In this document: positions 17,185-28,074 of the stretch, piece after piece | Layout of the letters: every line of letters begins with the position of its first letter | Numbering within the stretch: the first letter of the stretch is position 1 | From: Gemmatimonadota bacterium | GTDB lineage: Bacteria > Gemmatimonadota > Gemmatimonadetes > Palauibacterales > Palauibacteraceae | NCBI GenBank assembly: GCA_039588275.1 | Contig: JBDHAC010000031.1 | Span: 1 to 38,212 of the forward strand | DNA length: 38,212 bases | Direction: 5' to 3' | Made by a program: the position numbers and the translations under genes | Notes under the pieces: model-generated | Database searches by the model: none | What the model saw: the letters and a program-made list of their open reading frames with translations, nothing else | What the model was told of the DNA's origin: nothing

Positions 17185-20100
17185 TCAGCCCGAACCCGGC
17201 CACCGCGCGCGGACCTCCCGCGCTCCCGGCGAAACGGGGTGCTCCGACTCTTCCCCTCCGGGCCAGCGCACCCAGATCGCGCGTGGTGGCTCTCGCAGTC
17301 CCAGCACTTGTATCGGGTCATCCTGCGACCAGTATCCCGAGCCTGCCTTCACCTCGCGCAAAGGTCCTCTTCCCTCCTCATACAGTATCCGTATCGAGGC
17401 ACCGACGGCGTAGGGATTCTGTGGGGGGCCCACCAGACGGACTCGCAGCCCGGGGGTCGCTCCCTCGTTCCGAAACAAACGAGCGGAGGCGCCGTTCTGT
17501 GACACGACGAGGTCGACCCGGCCGTCGCCGTCGTAGTCGGAAAGCGCGGCACCGCGTTGGTCCCCATACACGCGAATCCCGCTCTCATGGCCGGGCACCG
17601 GCCGCAGACCGCCGGCCCCGTCCCCCTTGAGCCACAACCCTCGACCGGCGTCGTACCTGGGCGTCTCCGGCTCCGTGGCGAAGAAGTTCTGCGCGAGGAA
17701 GACATCTTCGGAACCGTCGCCGTCAAGATCGGCCACGCCAACATGAAACGCGGGCGCCAGCTGGGCCTCCGCGGGGAGCGGCACCGCCTCGAACACGCCT
17801 CCGCGGTTCAGGAAAAGCACGTGATCGAGCCGCGCCGCCTCGACCATCTCGGCGCGAGAGCGGGCCTCGCCGAGCGCGTCCGCGACGCTAGCCCGGGCGT
17901 AGCCACCGTAGCCGCCGACCCGCTGGGCCACGAACGGCAGCGCTCTTCCCACCCGGTCGAACCGCGTAAGGGGGGCGTAGTCACCGAGCGCCGCGTCGTA
18001 TCCCGCCTGCAACACGTCGACCGTGCCGTTCGCGTCCAGGTCGCCGTAATACAGGCGGAGCGGATGTCCCGGCGTCGCGGGCCATTCCGTGTTCAGACCC
18101 CAGCCGGTCGCGATCAAATCCAGGCGGCCATCGCCGTCCAAATCGCCCGTCGTCAGACCGTTCCAGCGGTTGGTGTGCTCCGCCAGGTTCCACCTGTCGG
18201 TCTCGTCCGAGAACCGCCCCGCCTCGTTCCGAAACAGCCTGATGGGACCCCAATCCGTGGCCACGAGCAGGTCGGGGTCGCCGTCCCCATCCACATCCGA
18301 GAAGACCGCCGCCGACGCGCGATTCGCCGAGGCAACGACCGGCGCGTTGACGGGATCCCGTTCAAACTGGCCACCATCGTTCAGGAAGAGCCGCGAAGGC
18401 GCGGCGCCGGGATACCCCGCGTGAAGCACGCGCCCCCCCACGAACAGGTCGAGGTCCCCGTCCGTGTCGTAGTCCGCCAGCGCCAGCGGGCCCGTCCCGC
18501 TGAGATCGCCCGGGACCGCCGGCGAGAGTCGCGCGGCTGCCTCCTCTGCCCCGAGACGCGCCGGGTCGAGCTCCACACGAACCACGGACGGCGCACGGCG
18601 GGCCGCATCCGGACTGGGCGCCTCGTAGTTCAGCTGCCCGACCAACAACGTCGTGGCTCCCGTGGCAGACGACAGGGCGAGGATCGACGTATGGTCGAGC
18701 GGGGCGAGAGGCATTCGGAGTACGACGCGCTGGAAGCGCCCGTCATCGTTGCGAAATAGAGTGAGCGCCCCACCGGCCCCGGATCCGATCAGCAGATCCG
18801 CGTCGTCATCTCGATCCACGTCGTGCCAGGTGACTCCGGGTCCGAGCTGACTCAGGCGTTGTGGGAGCAGCGGCTGCCGGTTGAAGTCCGCGTACGGGGT
18901 CTCGACGTGCAGGTGGTCGAGCTCGGCGGCCGCTTCCCGAAAGATCGGGGCGGACTCCGGGGCCGGCATCTCCTCGCGGGAGGCGGGATCCGGCGCCTCG
19001 GGCTCTTCGATCATGTACATGCGGTCCGGTCGCGCTCCCTCGACTCGGCTCCGCGCCCCGCTACGCCATTCGATGACGATCGTGACGGCGTCGGCCGCGC
19101 CCGTCGCGAACGTGTAGGACGGCTCCGAGCTGGACAGGTAGATGCCCCCGGCGGTGACCTCCTTCCGCTGTTGGGGCACCGCGCCGCCGAGGATGCGGAT
19201 GGCCGCGCCGATTCCGCGCGTGTTCCCCCCCCGCCCTTCCAGACGAACCGCGATCCGAGGTGCCGTCGACTCGTTCCGCAGCACGAGCGCCTGGGCCCCG
19301 AGCCGATTCACGACCACGTCCTGGTCACCGTCCCCATCGAAGTCGCCGGCCGCGAGCCCGTGCGAGATGTCGTCCTCTCTTCCGAATCCCCATTCCCGGC
19401 CGACCTCGCTGAACCGCACGCCCCCGTCGTTCCGATACGCGACGTTGGGGGTGAGATACTCGTCGAACAGGAGCAGATTCTGGCGCGGCTCGTCCGAGAA
19501 GGCGCCGAGCAGTCGCATCTGCGTGTCGGCGTCCATCAGATCGCGCACGTGTCCGTTGGGGACCAGGAGATCCTCGTCCCCATCCAGATCCACATCCAAG
19601 AACAACGTCGACCACGACCAGTCCGATGCCGCGACGCCCGCATACCAGGACGCGTCCGCGTACGTGCCGTCGCCGCGGTTCAAGAGGAGCATGTTGCGAG
19701 GGAATTGAGGTCTCGCCTCGATGTCGCCCGGAAGCTGCGACTCCACCACGATGGGCGGGACCTGCATCTTCCGTCGCCGGCTGTCGGCGCTGAGCATGTC
19801 GAGCGTGAAGATGTCAATGTCGCCATCGAGGTCCACATCGGAGAAGTCGACGGCCATGCTCGTCGCGCTCGTCGACCGGATCGCCAGGGGCGCGATCTCG
19901 CGGAACACGCCCTCGCCGTCGTTCAGCCAGATGCGATCTCGGTCCTGCAGATCGTTGCATACGTACAGGTCAGGGTCGCCGTCCTGGTCGAGATCCTGGA
20001 AGCGCGCCGACAACCCCCACTCCCGCGGGGTGTGCGCGAGTGGCTGGCCATCAGGATCGAGGAAGCGACCGGAGTCGAAGGGAACCGCCTCGAACCTCCC

Positions 20101-20940
20101 CGACCCGTCGTTCAGGTAGAAGCGGTCCGGCTCGCCGATGCGGAACCGCCGTAGCTCGTTCCCGCGCCACACCACCTCGAAGTGCTCTTCGAAGCCGGGT
20201 GCGACGCGAATCTCATCTCCGGATCTCAGAACCGTCTTCTCGAGCGTTCGCTCTTCCGGGGGAAACAGGTCCAACGCGGATACGCGCTTGTAGTTGGTGA
20301 TGTAGAGGTCGAGGTCGGAGTCTCCGTCCACGTCCGACAGCGCGATGGTTTGACTTCCCAGATCGGAGGTCAGCCCCGCCTCGTCCGTCGCGTCCCTGAA
20401 GGTCCCGGTCCCGTCGTTCAGGAAGAGCCCGTTCGGGCCGCCCAACGCGGCCAGCAACAGATCCATGTCGCCATCGCCGTCCACGTCAGCGAGCGCCGCA
20501 CCGGTCGAATAGCGATCGGCGGCCGCAACGCCCGCCTCGGCCGCGATCTCTTCGAAGTGCCACGCCCCGAGGTTGCGATACAGCGCGTTGGGCCCTTCGA
20601 GGCGAGCGAAGTAGATGTCCGCGAGCCCGTCGCCGTCCACGTCCCCCACCGCGACACCGGATCCGTTGCTGCGGATTTCGTTCTCGACCAGTCCCTCCTC
20701 GGTGAGCACGTTCCCGAACGAGATGCCCGTACGATCCGGCGAGAGCGCGGCGAACCCCGTACGCCCGCTCTCGGGCACGGCGAGCTCGCGCCAGCGGTAC
20801 CCGACTTCCGAATGCCACTCGGTCGGTTGCACGGGGACGACGTCACGCCCACAAGCGCACAGCATCAGCGAGATCAACGAGTAGTGGAGGGTGCCCACCG
20901 CCCGCCGGGAGCGGGCCGTGCGCCGGGGCTGGTCGCTCAT
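17185..20940 (-). CDS. Large FG-GAP/VCBS lipoprotein with two ASPIC-UnbV domains
   Basis: ATG 20940 overlaps the upstream stop. Lipobox-like LCAC. More than 12 DxDGDGDxD blades. ASPIC-like motifs GGIYLSS...IEWRSG (middle) and GSGYWSQD...VRWPGG (end). Confidence 0.88.
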   Translation of the reverse strand: MSDQPRRTARSRRAVGTLHYSLISLMLCACGRDVVPVQPTEWHSEVGYRWRELAVPESGRTGFAALSPDRTGISFGNVLTEEGLVENEIRSNGSGVAVGDVDGDGLADIYFARLEGPNALYRNLGAWHFEEIAAEAGVAAADRYSTGAALADVDGDGDMDLLLAALGGPNGLFLNDGTGTFRDATDEAGLTSDLGSQTIALSDVDGDSDLDLYITNYKRVSALDLFPPEERTLEKTVLRSGDEIRVAPGFEEHFEVVWRGNELRRFRIGEPDRFYLNDGSGRFEAVPFDSGRFLDPDGQPLAHTPREWGLSARFQDLDQDGDPDLYVCNDLQDRDRIWLNDGEGVFREIAPLAIRSTSATSMAVDFSDVDLDGDIDIFTLDMLSADSRRRKMQVPPIVVESQLPGDIEARPQFPRNMLLLNRGDGTYADASWYAGVAASDWSWSTLFLDVDLDGDEDLLVPNGHVRDLMDADTQMRLLGAFSDEPRQNLLLFDEYLTPNVAYRNDGGVRFSEVGREWGFGREDDISHGLAAGDFDGDGDQDVVVNRLGAQALVLRNESTAPRIAVRLEGRGGNTRGIGAAIRILGGAVPQQRKEVTAGGIYLSSSEPSYTFATGAADAVTIVIEWRSGARSRVEGARPDRMYMIEEPEAPDPASREEMPAPESAPIFREAAAELDHLHVETPYADFNRQPLLPQRLSQLGPGVTWHDVDRDDDADLLIGSGAGGALTLFRNDDGRFQRVVLRMPLAPLDHTSILALSSATGATTLLVGQLNYEAPSPDAARRAPSVVRVELDPARLGAEEAAARLSPAVPGDLSGTGPLALADYDTDGDLDLFVGGRVLHAGYPGAAPSRLFLNDGGQFERDPVNAPVVASANRASAAVFSDVDGDGDPDLLVATDWGPIRLFRNEAGRFSDETDRWNLAEHTNRWNGLTTGDLDGDGRLDLIATGWGLNTEWPATPGHPLRLYYGDLDANGTVDVLQAGYDAALGDYAPLTRFDRVGRALPFVAQRVGGYGGYARASVADALGEARSRAEMVEAARLDHVLFLNRGGVFEAVPLPAEAQLAPAFHVGVADLDGDGSEDVFLAQNFFATEPETPRYDAGRGLWLKGDGAGGLRPVPGHESGIRVYGDQRGAALSDYDGDGRVDLVVSQNGASARLFRNEGATPGLRVRLVGPPQNPYAVGASIRILYEEGRGPLREVKAGSGYWSQDDPIQVLGLREPPRAIWVRWPGGEESEHPVSPGAREVRARWPGSG

Positions 20941-21599
20941 GAGCCCGAGGAGCGCTCCGCGAGGACCGCGACCACGCGGGACGCGAGGTTCCGATTGAGG
21001 GCGACCCAGCGGTCCACCTCGGCCGAGCGGCCCCACGCGGAGCGCGCGACGGCACCCAGGTTCTCCGCATTCGGGAGCGGATTGGCGGTCGCGAATTCGC
21101 GTATCGACTGGAACGCCTCGAAGACCCGCGGATCCACCCCCCCTTGCAGACCCGCGAGTCGCTGCCCGAGCTCGGCCCATTGCTGCCGTACCTGCGGGTC
21201 GAGCACGATGCGCGGTAGCCGAATCTCGCCGCCGGTGGCCGAAGCCAGCACCTCCTCCCGGGTGGCATTCGGCGAGGCGACGAGGACGAGGGAGAGGTCG
21301 GCGCCCAGCTCCGCGAAGCGTCGAAAATCGACCAGACGGAAGAATCCGGCCTGCGCGAGGCGCATTTCCTCCTTGAAGCGCTCCTCTGCAACGACGAGCT
21401 GCTCCATCGGGATCGGGCGGCGGTCGCTCGCCCCATCAGCGACCCCGCCGAACCCCCCCGCGCCCGGCCACAGGAAGCGGTGTCCCAAAAAGCCGAGGAC
21501 GACTCCGAGGAGTACCAGACCGATCCCGCGCGCATGCTTTCGCCAGGACCACTTCGGAGGTTCGTTGCGGTCCGGTTTGTTGCCGCCCGAGGAAGCCAA
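20937..21599 (-). CDS. Hypothetical membrane-anchored helical protein
   Basis: TTG start after GGAGGTGA; single TM (GIGLVLLGVVLGFLG); stop overlaps the start of the ASPIC gene (ATGA). Confidence 0.7.
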   Translation of the reverse strand: MASSGGNKPDRNEPPKWSWRKHARGIGLVLLGVVLGFLGHRFLWPGAGGFGGVADGASDRRPIPMEQLVVAEERFKEEMRLAQAGFFRLVDFRRFAELGADLSLVLVASPNATREEVLASATGGEIRLPRIVLDPQVRQQWAELGQRLAGLQGGVDPRVFEAFQSIREFATANPLPNAENLGAVARSAWGRSAEVDRWVALNRNLASRVVAVLAERSSGS

Positions 21600-21813
21600 C
21601 TCACCTCCACGACCCAATGGGTGGTTTCAATCGCGACGAGCGCGGTGAATCTAGACCGCGTCCGTGCGTGATCCAAGGCGATCGGGCTCTCGACCTCGAT
21701 GGAATGTCGACCGACGCCGGGGTCCGTCTCGGGGCCGTGACAGCCGATGGGATGCCCGGTTATCCTTGTGGCGATTCGTGGCGATTCACGCCCGCTTCAG
21801 GGGGAGATCAGGG

Positions 21814-22551
21814 ATGTTCCATTCATCGGAATGCCACGGCGAGATCGACCTGGGGTCGCTCCCGGACGACGTACGGAGCCGGCTCGCCGTCCTGCCGGGG
21901 GAGTGGCTGGAGTTCGATCCCCACTCCTCCACGATCGTCGTACGGCACACGCAGCCCACCGACGCGCCAGTCGTCCCGACCGCCGCCAGCGAGCTGGTCC
22001 GCATGCTCGACGAGATCCCATACGATCTACAGACCCGTATCCCGGGCGGTGACTTCCTCATCCACACGGAAGCGACGGGCGAGCTGGTGAGACTACGGGT
22101 GCGGGAGGGGGGCGCGCTCGAGATTCGCTGGGCGCACCCCGACTACGAAGGGGCGACCAAGCGACCGTATGGCGACGGTCACGAAATCGTCATCGAGCCG
22201 TGGGAGCAACGGCTCAACGGCAGCATCGAGTTCATGTCGCGTGAACCGCAGGAGGCGGCGAAGAACCTGCAGGATCTGGCAGACACGTTCGAGGGGCTTC
22301 ACCCCGAGGGTGACTTCCGGGCGGTGGCGGCGGAGGGCGGATGCGTACAGGTCGACATGAGCGTCGTGAATCTGGACGCGCGACTGCTCGTCGACCGCTG
22401 CATCGAGCTGGCCGAGCCGCGGACCCTCGCGGGACGGGTGGATGTGAGCTCGTTCGGCGACGCGCGCCCGGAGCATCTGGTGCGCTTCCTGTTCGAGTTC
22501 GGCGAGGTGTGGGTGCAGCACCCGCTGTTGTGGTCGGAGCCGCCCGCGTGA
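21814..22551 (+). CDS. Hypothetical cytoplasmic protein with apparent internal duplication
   Basis: ATG after GGGGAG; protein-like composition; two similar halves ending LVRLRV..GGALEIRWAHP and LVRFLF..GEVWVQHP. Confidence 0.75.
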   Translation: MFHSSECHGEIDLGSLPDDVRSRLAVLPGEWLEFDPHSSTIVVRHTQPTDAPVVPTAASELVRMLDEIPYDLQTRIPGGDFLIHTEATGELVRLRVREGGALEIRWAHPDYEGATKRPYGDGHEIVIEPWEQRLNGSIEFMSREPQEAAKNLQDLADTFEGLHPEGDFRAVAAEGGCVQVDMSVVNLDARLLVDRCIELAEPRTLAGRVDVSSFGDARPEHLVRFLFEFGEVWVQHPLLWSEPPA

Positions 22552-22628
22552 TCGACAACTGACGACCCACGACTGGCCAGCCCGATCCGGACTGGCCGGC
22601 CCAATTGAAGGCAGCCGAGGACACGCTT

Positions 22629-23816
22629 ATGGACTACTTCCTGACGGAGGAGCAGGAAGCCATTCGAGACCTGGCCCGCGAGATCGCGGAAAAGGAGATC
22701 GGTCCCGTCGCGGCCGAGTACGACCGCACGGGTGACTTCCCGTGGCCGATCGTGGAAAAGATGGCCCAGGCGGGCCTGTTCGGCGTGTTCATCGACGAGG
22801 AGTACGGTGGGCTGGGCGACGAGAGCCGCACGATGAACATGGTGCTCGTCACCGAGGAGCTGTCGAAGAAATGCGGCGGGATCGCGCTCTCGTTCGCGAG
22901 CACCGCGCTGGGCGCGCTCCCTATCATCCTCGCCGGCAGCGACGAGCTGAAGGAGCGGTTCCTGCCCGCGATCGCGACGGGTGAGCGGCTGGCCGGGTTC
23001 GCGCTCACCGAGCCTCAGGCTGGCTCGGACGCGGGCGGCATCCGGACGACGGCTGTCCGCGACGGCGATCACTACGTGCTCAACGGGCTCAAACAGTGGA
23101 TCACCAATGGGGGCGAGGCGGAGGTCTACACGGTCATCGTGATAACCAACCCCGCGAAGGGCGCGCGAGGCGCGAGCGCGATCGTGGTCGAGAAGGACAC
23201 CCCTGGCTTCGGCTTCGGCAAGAAGGAAGACAAGATGGGGATCCGGGCCTCCGCGACCCGAGAGCTCGTCTTCGAGGATTGTCGTGTGCCCGCACAGAAC
23301 CTGATCGGGCGAGAGGGCACGGGGTTCATCACCGCGATGCGGACCTTCGACGCTTCGCGACCCGGGGTCGCGGCACAAGCCCTCGGGATCGCTCAGGGCG
23401 CGCTCGATCTGGCCGTCGACTGGGCCATCTCACGCCGTCAGTTCGGCTCACCCATCTCCTCGTTCCAGGGACTGCGCTTCCTGCTCGCCGACATGGCGAC
23501 GCGCGTCGAGGCCGCGCGAGCGTTGATCTACGCGGTGTCCCGCTACGTCGACTCGAGCCCCAAGGCCCGCCCGACCATCTACTCCGCCATGTCCAAGCTC
23601 TTCGCCGGCGACATGGCGATGGAGGTGACGACGGATGCGGTACAGGTGTTCGGGGGCTCTGGGTACATGCGCGACTATCCCATCGAGAAGTACATGCGTG
23701 ACGCCAAGATCACCCAGATCTACGAGGGGACCAACCAGATCCAGCGGGACGAGATCGGCAAGATCTTGATCGGCGAGCACATCTCCGGTCGCCCGAAGAT
23801 GGAGCACGGCGCCTGA
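22629..23816 (+). CDS. Acyl-CoA dehydrogenase (short-chain/butyryl-CoA type)
   Basis: FALTEPQAGSDA, LNGLKQWITNG, KMGIRAS, RRQFG, QVFGGSGY, KITQIYEGTNQIQR. Confidence 0.95.
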   Translation: MDYFLTEEQEAIRDLAREIAEKEIGPVAAEYDRTGDFPWPIVEKMAQAGLFGVFIDEEYGGLGDESRTMNMVLVTEELSKKCGGIALSFASTALGALPIILAGSDELKERFLPAIATGERLAGFALTEPQAGSDAGGIRTTAVRDGDHYVLNGLKQWITNGGEAEVYTVIVITNPAKGARGASAIVVEKDTPGFGFGKKEDKMGIRASATRELVFEDCRVPAQNLIGREGTGFITAMRTFDASRPGVAAQALGIAQGALDLAVDWAISRRQFGSPISSFQGLRFLLADMATRVEAARALIYAVSRYVDSSPKARPTIYSAMSKLFAGDMAMEVTTDAVQVFGGSGYMRDYPIEKYMRDAKITQIYEGTNQIQRDEIGKILIGEHISGRPKMEHGA

Positions 23817-23856
23817 TACGTCCGGCCTGATCGGTGCCGCCCGTTCGGGCCCGCCA

Positions 23857-25074
23857 CTACTCGTAGCGGAGCGCCTCGATCGGGTTTAACGAAGCGGCCT
23901 GACGAGCGGGGTAGAATCCGAAGAAGATCCCCACGGTCGCGGAGAAGGCGAGCGCGATCACGACGATCGCGGGCGAGATGGCCGTGTTCCAGCCCGTGAA
24001 ATGTCCCAGCAGCGTGGCTCCGCCGAAGCCGACCGCGATGCCGATCGCCCCGCCGACCGCGCTCAGCACCGTGCTCTCCACGAGAAACTGAGTCAGGACG
24101 TCCGACCCCCGCGCTCCGATCGCCAATCGGATCCCGATCTCGCGCGTTCGTTCGGTGACCGACACCAGCATGATGTTCATGATGCCGATCCCGCCTACGA
24201 GGAGCGAGATGCCCGCGATCGCGGCCAGTAGCAGCGTCATGACCTGAGTCGTGCTCTGCGCCGCCTCCGCCAGATCCGCCTGGTTGCGAACGGTGAAGTC
24301 GTCTTCCTCCCACGCCGCCAACTCGTGCGATTCCCGCATGATGCCCGCGATCTCGTCCTGAGCGGCGGGGATCTCCTCGGGTGAGAAGGTGCTGGCGAGG
24401 ATCTGGCTGATGAACGAGCGGCCGGAGAGGCGAGTCTGCACCGTGGTGTAGGGGGCCAGGATCACGTCGTCCTGGTCGGAGCCCTCGGCCGTCTGACCCT
24501 TCTCGCTCAGCACGCCGATGATCGTGAAGGGAACATTCCGCAGCTGGATCTGCTGCCCAACCGGGTCGTCCCCCGGGAACAGGTTCTCGGCGACCGTCAT
24601 CCCGATCACCGCGACCTTGCGCATCGTGCGCATGTCCGACTCGTCGAAGAACGACCCGGATACGACCGGCCAGTCACGGATGAACTGGTAGTCGGTCGAG
24701 ACCCCGTTGATGCGAACGCGCCAATTGCCCTGGCCGCCGATCGCCTGGGTGAAGGTCGAGATGACCGGCGATACCGCCGAGATCGTCAGGCCTTCGCGCT
24801 TGAGCTTCTCCGCGTCATCTACGGTCAGGCGGTTGAAGCTCCCGGCGCCGCGGCTCACGCCGCCCTGGCTGCTCGTGCCCGGGGTGATGACGATCATGTT
24901 CGTGCCGAGGTTCTCGATCTGATCGCGGATCTGCGACTGAGCCCCCTGGCCGATCGCCACCATCACGATCACCGCCCCGACCCCGATGATGATCCCGAGC
25001 ATCGTCAGCAGCGTTCGCATCTTGTTCTTGGCGATGCTCTGCCCGGCCACCTTGGTGAGGACCGATGCCTTCAT
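23857..25074 (-). CDS. macB: MacB/FtsX-family ABC transporter permease
   Basis: [16 protein letters not shown], periplasmic MacB domain, [31 protein letters not shown]. Confidence 0.93.
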   Translation of the reverse strand: MKASVLTKVAGQSIAKNKMRTLLTMLGIIIGVGAVIVMVAIGQGAQSQIRDQIENLGTNMIVITPGTSSQGGVSRGAGSFNRLTVDDAEKLKREGLTISAVSPVISTFTQAIGGQGNWRVRINGVSTDYQFIRDWPVVSGSFFDESDMRTMRKVAVIGMTVAENLFPGDDPVGQQIQLRNVPFTIIGVLSEKGQTAEGSDQDDVILAPYTTVQTRLSGRSFISQILASTFSPEEIPAAQDEIAGIMRESHELAAWEEDDFTVRNQADLAEAAQSTTQVMTLLLAAIAGISLLVGGIGIMNIMLVSVTERTREIGIRLAIGARGSDVLTQFLVESTVLSAVGGAIGIAVGFGGATLLGHFTGWNTAISPAIVVIALAFSATVGIFFGFYPARQAASLNPIEALRYE

Positions 25075-25075
25075 A

Positions 25076-25861
<786 letters not shown>

Positions 25862-25883
25862 CAGAGAATCGGGCGGAGGGCGG

Positions 25884-27221
25884 TCAGAATCCGCGCGGCG
25901 GACCACGACGGTCACCCTGCTGCTGCTGGAATGGGTTCGTGCTCATGTTGCTCGCCTGGCTGCTCGTCGTGATGCCGGCGATCACTTCCATGCCCGCCTC
26001 GAGCTCGACGTTTCGGCCTTCGATCAGGGTCGATTGCCCGTCCGTGATCCCGATCCGCACGCGGGCGACGGATAGATAGCCCTCGTCGTCCACGTACCAG
26101 AGCTGGCCCACGCCGGGTCGGCTTCCACCTTGGCCGAACCCGCCTGCCCTCGTGCCGAAACCGCCGGCACCGGACCCACTCTCGCCTTCCGTCGGCCGGG
26201 TGGCCTCGCCCCCCGTCTGCTCGTCGGCATCTTCGCCTTCAGCGGCACGTTCGCCCTCGCGCGCACCCTGGAAGCGCGCCTGCATCCGCTCTCGAACCTC
26301 GGCCATCATCTCCATGCTGGGTCGGAAGCGGAGGGCCGCGTTGGGCACCATCAGCACATCCGTGGCGGTGTCGATCAGGAAATCGACGGTCGCGGTCATC
26401 CCAGGCAGGAGCCGTCCGTCCGGATTCTGGACGTCGATGACCACCGTGTAGTTGACGACGTTCTCCTGCGTGGTCGACTGGAGTCGCACCTGGCGCACGG
26501 CCCCCTCGAAAGTCTCGTCAGGGTACGCCTGCACCGTGAAGCGCGCCGTCTGGCCCTCCTGGATCCGCCCGATGTCGCTCTCATCTACGGATGCCAGGAT
26601 CTCCATCTCCGACAGATCGTTGGCGATCAGGAAGAGCTGTGGGGCCGACAGGCTCGCGGCCACGGTCTGGCCGACGTCGACGTTACGTTCGATCACCACG
26701 CCGTCGATCGGCGCATAAATGTCGGTATAGGCGAGGTTGTTCTGCGCTCGCTCGAGGCTGACGAGCGCCGATTTTAGGTTCGCTTGCGCCACCGCGAGGT
26801 TGTACCCGGACGCGTCGAACTCGCTGTCGGTCACGCCCTGACTCTCGTGCAGCAGCTTCGTGCGCTCGAACTCTCGCTCCCGCTGCGCGACATCCGCCTG
26901 TACGCGCTCCAGGTTCGCCTCCGCGTCCCGGACCGCCTGCTGGAGGACCCTGGGGTCGATGCGGGCGATCAACTGCCCACGGCTAACGCGGTCGTTGAAA
27001 TCCACATAGATCTCGGCGACCTGGCCGGAGACCTGCGTGCCTACCTGGACCGTCGTCACGGCGCTCAGGGATCCCGTGCTGGCGACCACGGCCTCCAGGT
27101 CGCCCCGCTCGATCGTGACAAAGCGGTACGAGCTAGTCTCCGCCCCCCCGGAGCGCGCGAACGACACGATCGCCGCAATCACGACCGCAACCAACGCCAC
27201 CAGTGCCAGACCCTTCTTCAT
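25884..27221 (-). CDS. macA: MacA-like periplasmic adaptor (membrane fusion protein)
   Basis: N-terminal TM, VQVGTQVSGQV, helical hairpin, IYAPIDGVVI..NVDVGQTVAAS, VDESDIG, LLPGMTA. Confidence 0.92.
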   Translation of the reverse strand: MKKGLALVALVAVVIAAIVSFARSGGAETSSYRFVTIERGDLEAVVASTGSLSAVTTVQVGTQVSGQVAEIYVDFNDRVSRGQLIARIDPRVLQQAVRDAEANLERVQADVAQREREFERTKLLHESQGVTDSEFDASGYNLAVAQANLKSALVSLERAQNNLAYTDIYAPIDGVVIERNVDVGQTVAASLSAPQLFLIANDLSEMEILASVDESDIGRIQEGQTARFTVQAYPDETFEGAVRQVRLQSTTQENVVNYTVVIDVQNPDGRLLPGMTATVDFLIDTATDVLMVPNAALRFRPSMEMMAEVRERMQARFQGAREGERAAEGEDADEQTGGEATRPTEGESGSGAGGFGTRAGGFGQGGSRPGVGQLWYVDDEGYLSVARVRIGITDGQSTLIEGRNVELEAGMEVIAGITTSSQASNMSTNPFQQQQGDRRGPPRGF

Positions 27222-27291
27222 CGGATATCGCTTCCTTCGAGATTCCCGCAATCGGCTTCGGCCTCGATCCTCTGGCTCGATCACTTTCCAT

Positions 27292-27381
27292 GACACTTCT
27301 CCGGTCGAGTTCGTTAGGGTGGCCCCATTCGTCTGCGAAGGGCGACGGACCGACCCTAACGTTCAGGGACCCTCGGTTGTC
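27292..27381. promoter_or_regulatory. Pair of mirror-image promoter-like motifs ACCCTAACG-N16-TGTC between divergent macA and Spy-like genes
   Basis: Minus-strand copy 27320->27292 and plus-strand copy 27353->27381 share an identical 9-mer, spacer length and TGTC. Confidence 0.55.
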
Positions 27382-27461
27382 TTTTATCGGTACACGGCCG
27401 CAGCGGCCGGACGCATGCCGGCCAAGCCTCGGCCTCGATCGAAGCAAAGGAGAACGCGGAA

Positions 27462-27854
27462 ATGAACCGGACGAGAATCCTCACGCGCGCTACCTGGATC
27501 GCCGGCACGGTCGCACTCCTGATAGCGTCACCGCTGCTCGGCCAGGGACCTCGCGGTCGAGGACCGGATCTCGACACCCACATGGCGAACCTTACGGAGC
27601 GACTCGACCTGAGCGAAGAGCAGGCCACCGCGCTTCGACCAATCTTCGAGGAGCAGTTCAAGGCGAGGTCGGAGCTGTTCGCACAGGCGCAGGGCGGTGG
27701 TGGTCGGGGACAGATGCGGACGGCCATGGGCGAGCTCCAGGCGAAGACCGATGAGAAGGTGAAGAAAGTGCTGACGGAGACGCAGTGGACGGAGTACGAG
27801 AAGTTCATGCAGGAGCAGCGCAGCCGGCGGCGGGGGCCGCCTGGCAACCGCTGA
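27462..27854 (+). CDS. Periplasmic Spy/CpxP-like (LTxxQ) protein
   Basis: Signal peptide, LDLSEEQ and VLTETQ motifs, helical, G/R/P-rich termini; AAGGAG SD. Confidence 0.8.
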   Translation: MNRTRILTRATWIAGTVALLIASPLLGQGPRGRGPDLDTHMANLTERLDLSEEQATALRPIFEEQFKARSELFAQAQGGGGRGQMRTAMGELQAKTDEKVKKVLTETQWTEYEKFMQEQRSRRRGPPGNR

Positions 27855-28074
27855 TCAGCTCGCTCACCGTCATCTTCGTTTCCCCCCGTCGCGCCGGCAG
27901 ACCGCTCCCGCGGGTGGCTCTGCCGGCGCCCCCGCGGCAGACATTCTTCCCTTAGGCTCCACGCGCCCTTTCGCTTAGTTTCTTCCCTTCGTCGATTCCC
28001 CGACGGCGTAACCTGTATTTGCCGCCGGGCGAGGCTGGCGAGTGAGTATGGTTGGCCCTGGGAGAGGAACTCGC

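Noticed and set aside
27855..28074. Fur or DtxR/IdeR box upstream of feoB
   Set aside because: Only isolated TTAGG/TTAG half-matches; no convincing 19-bp palindrome.
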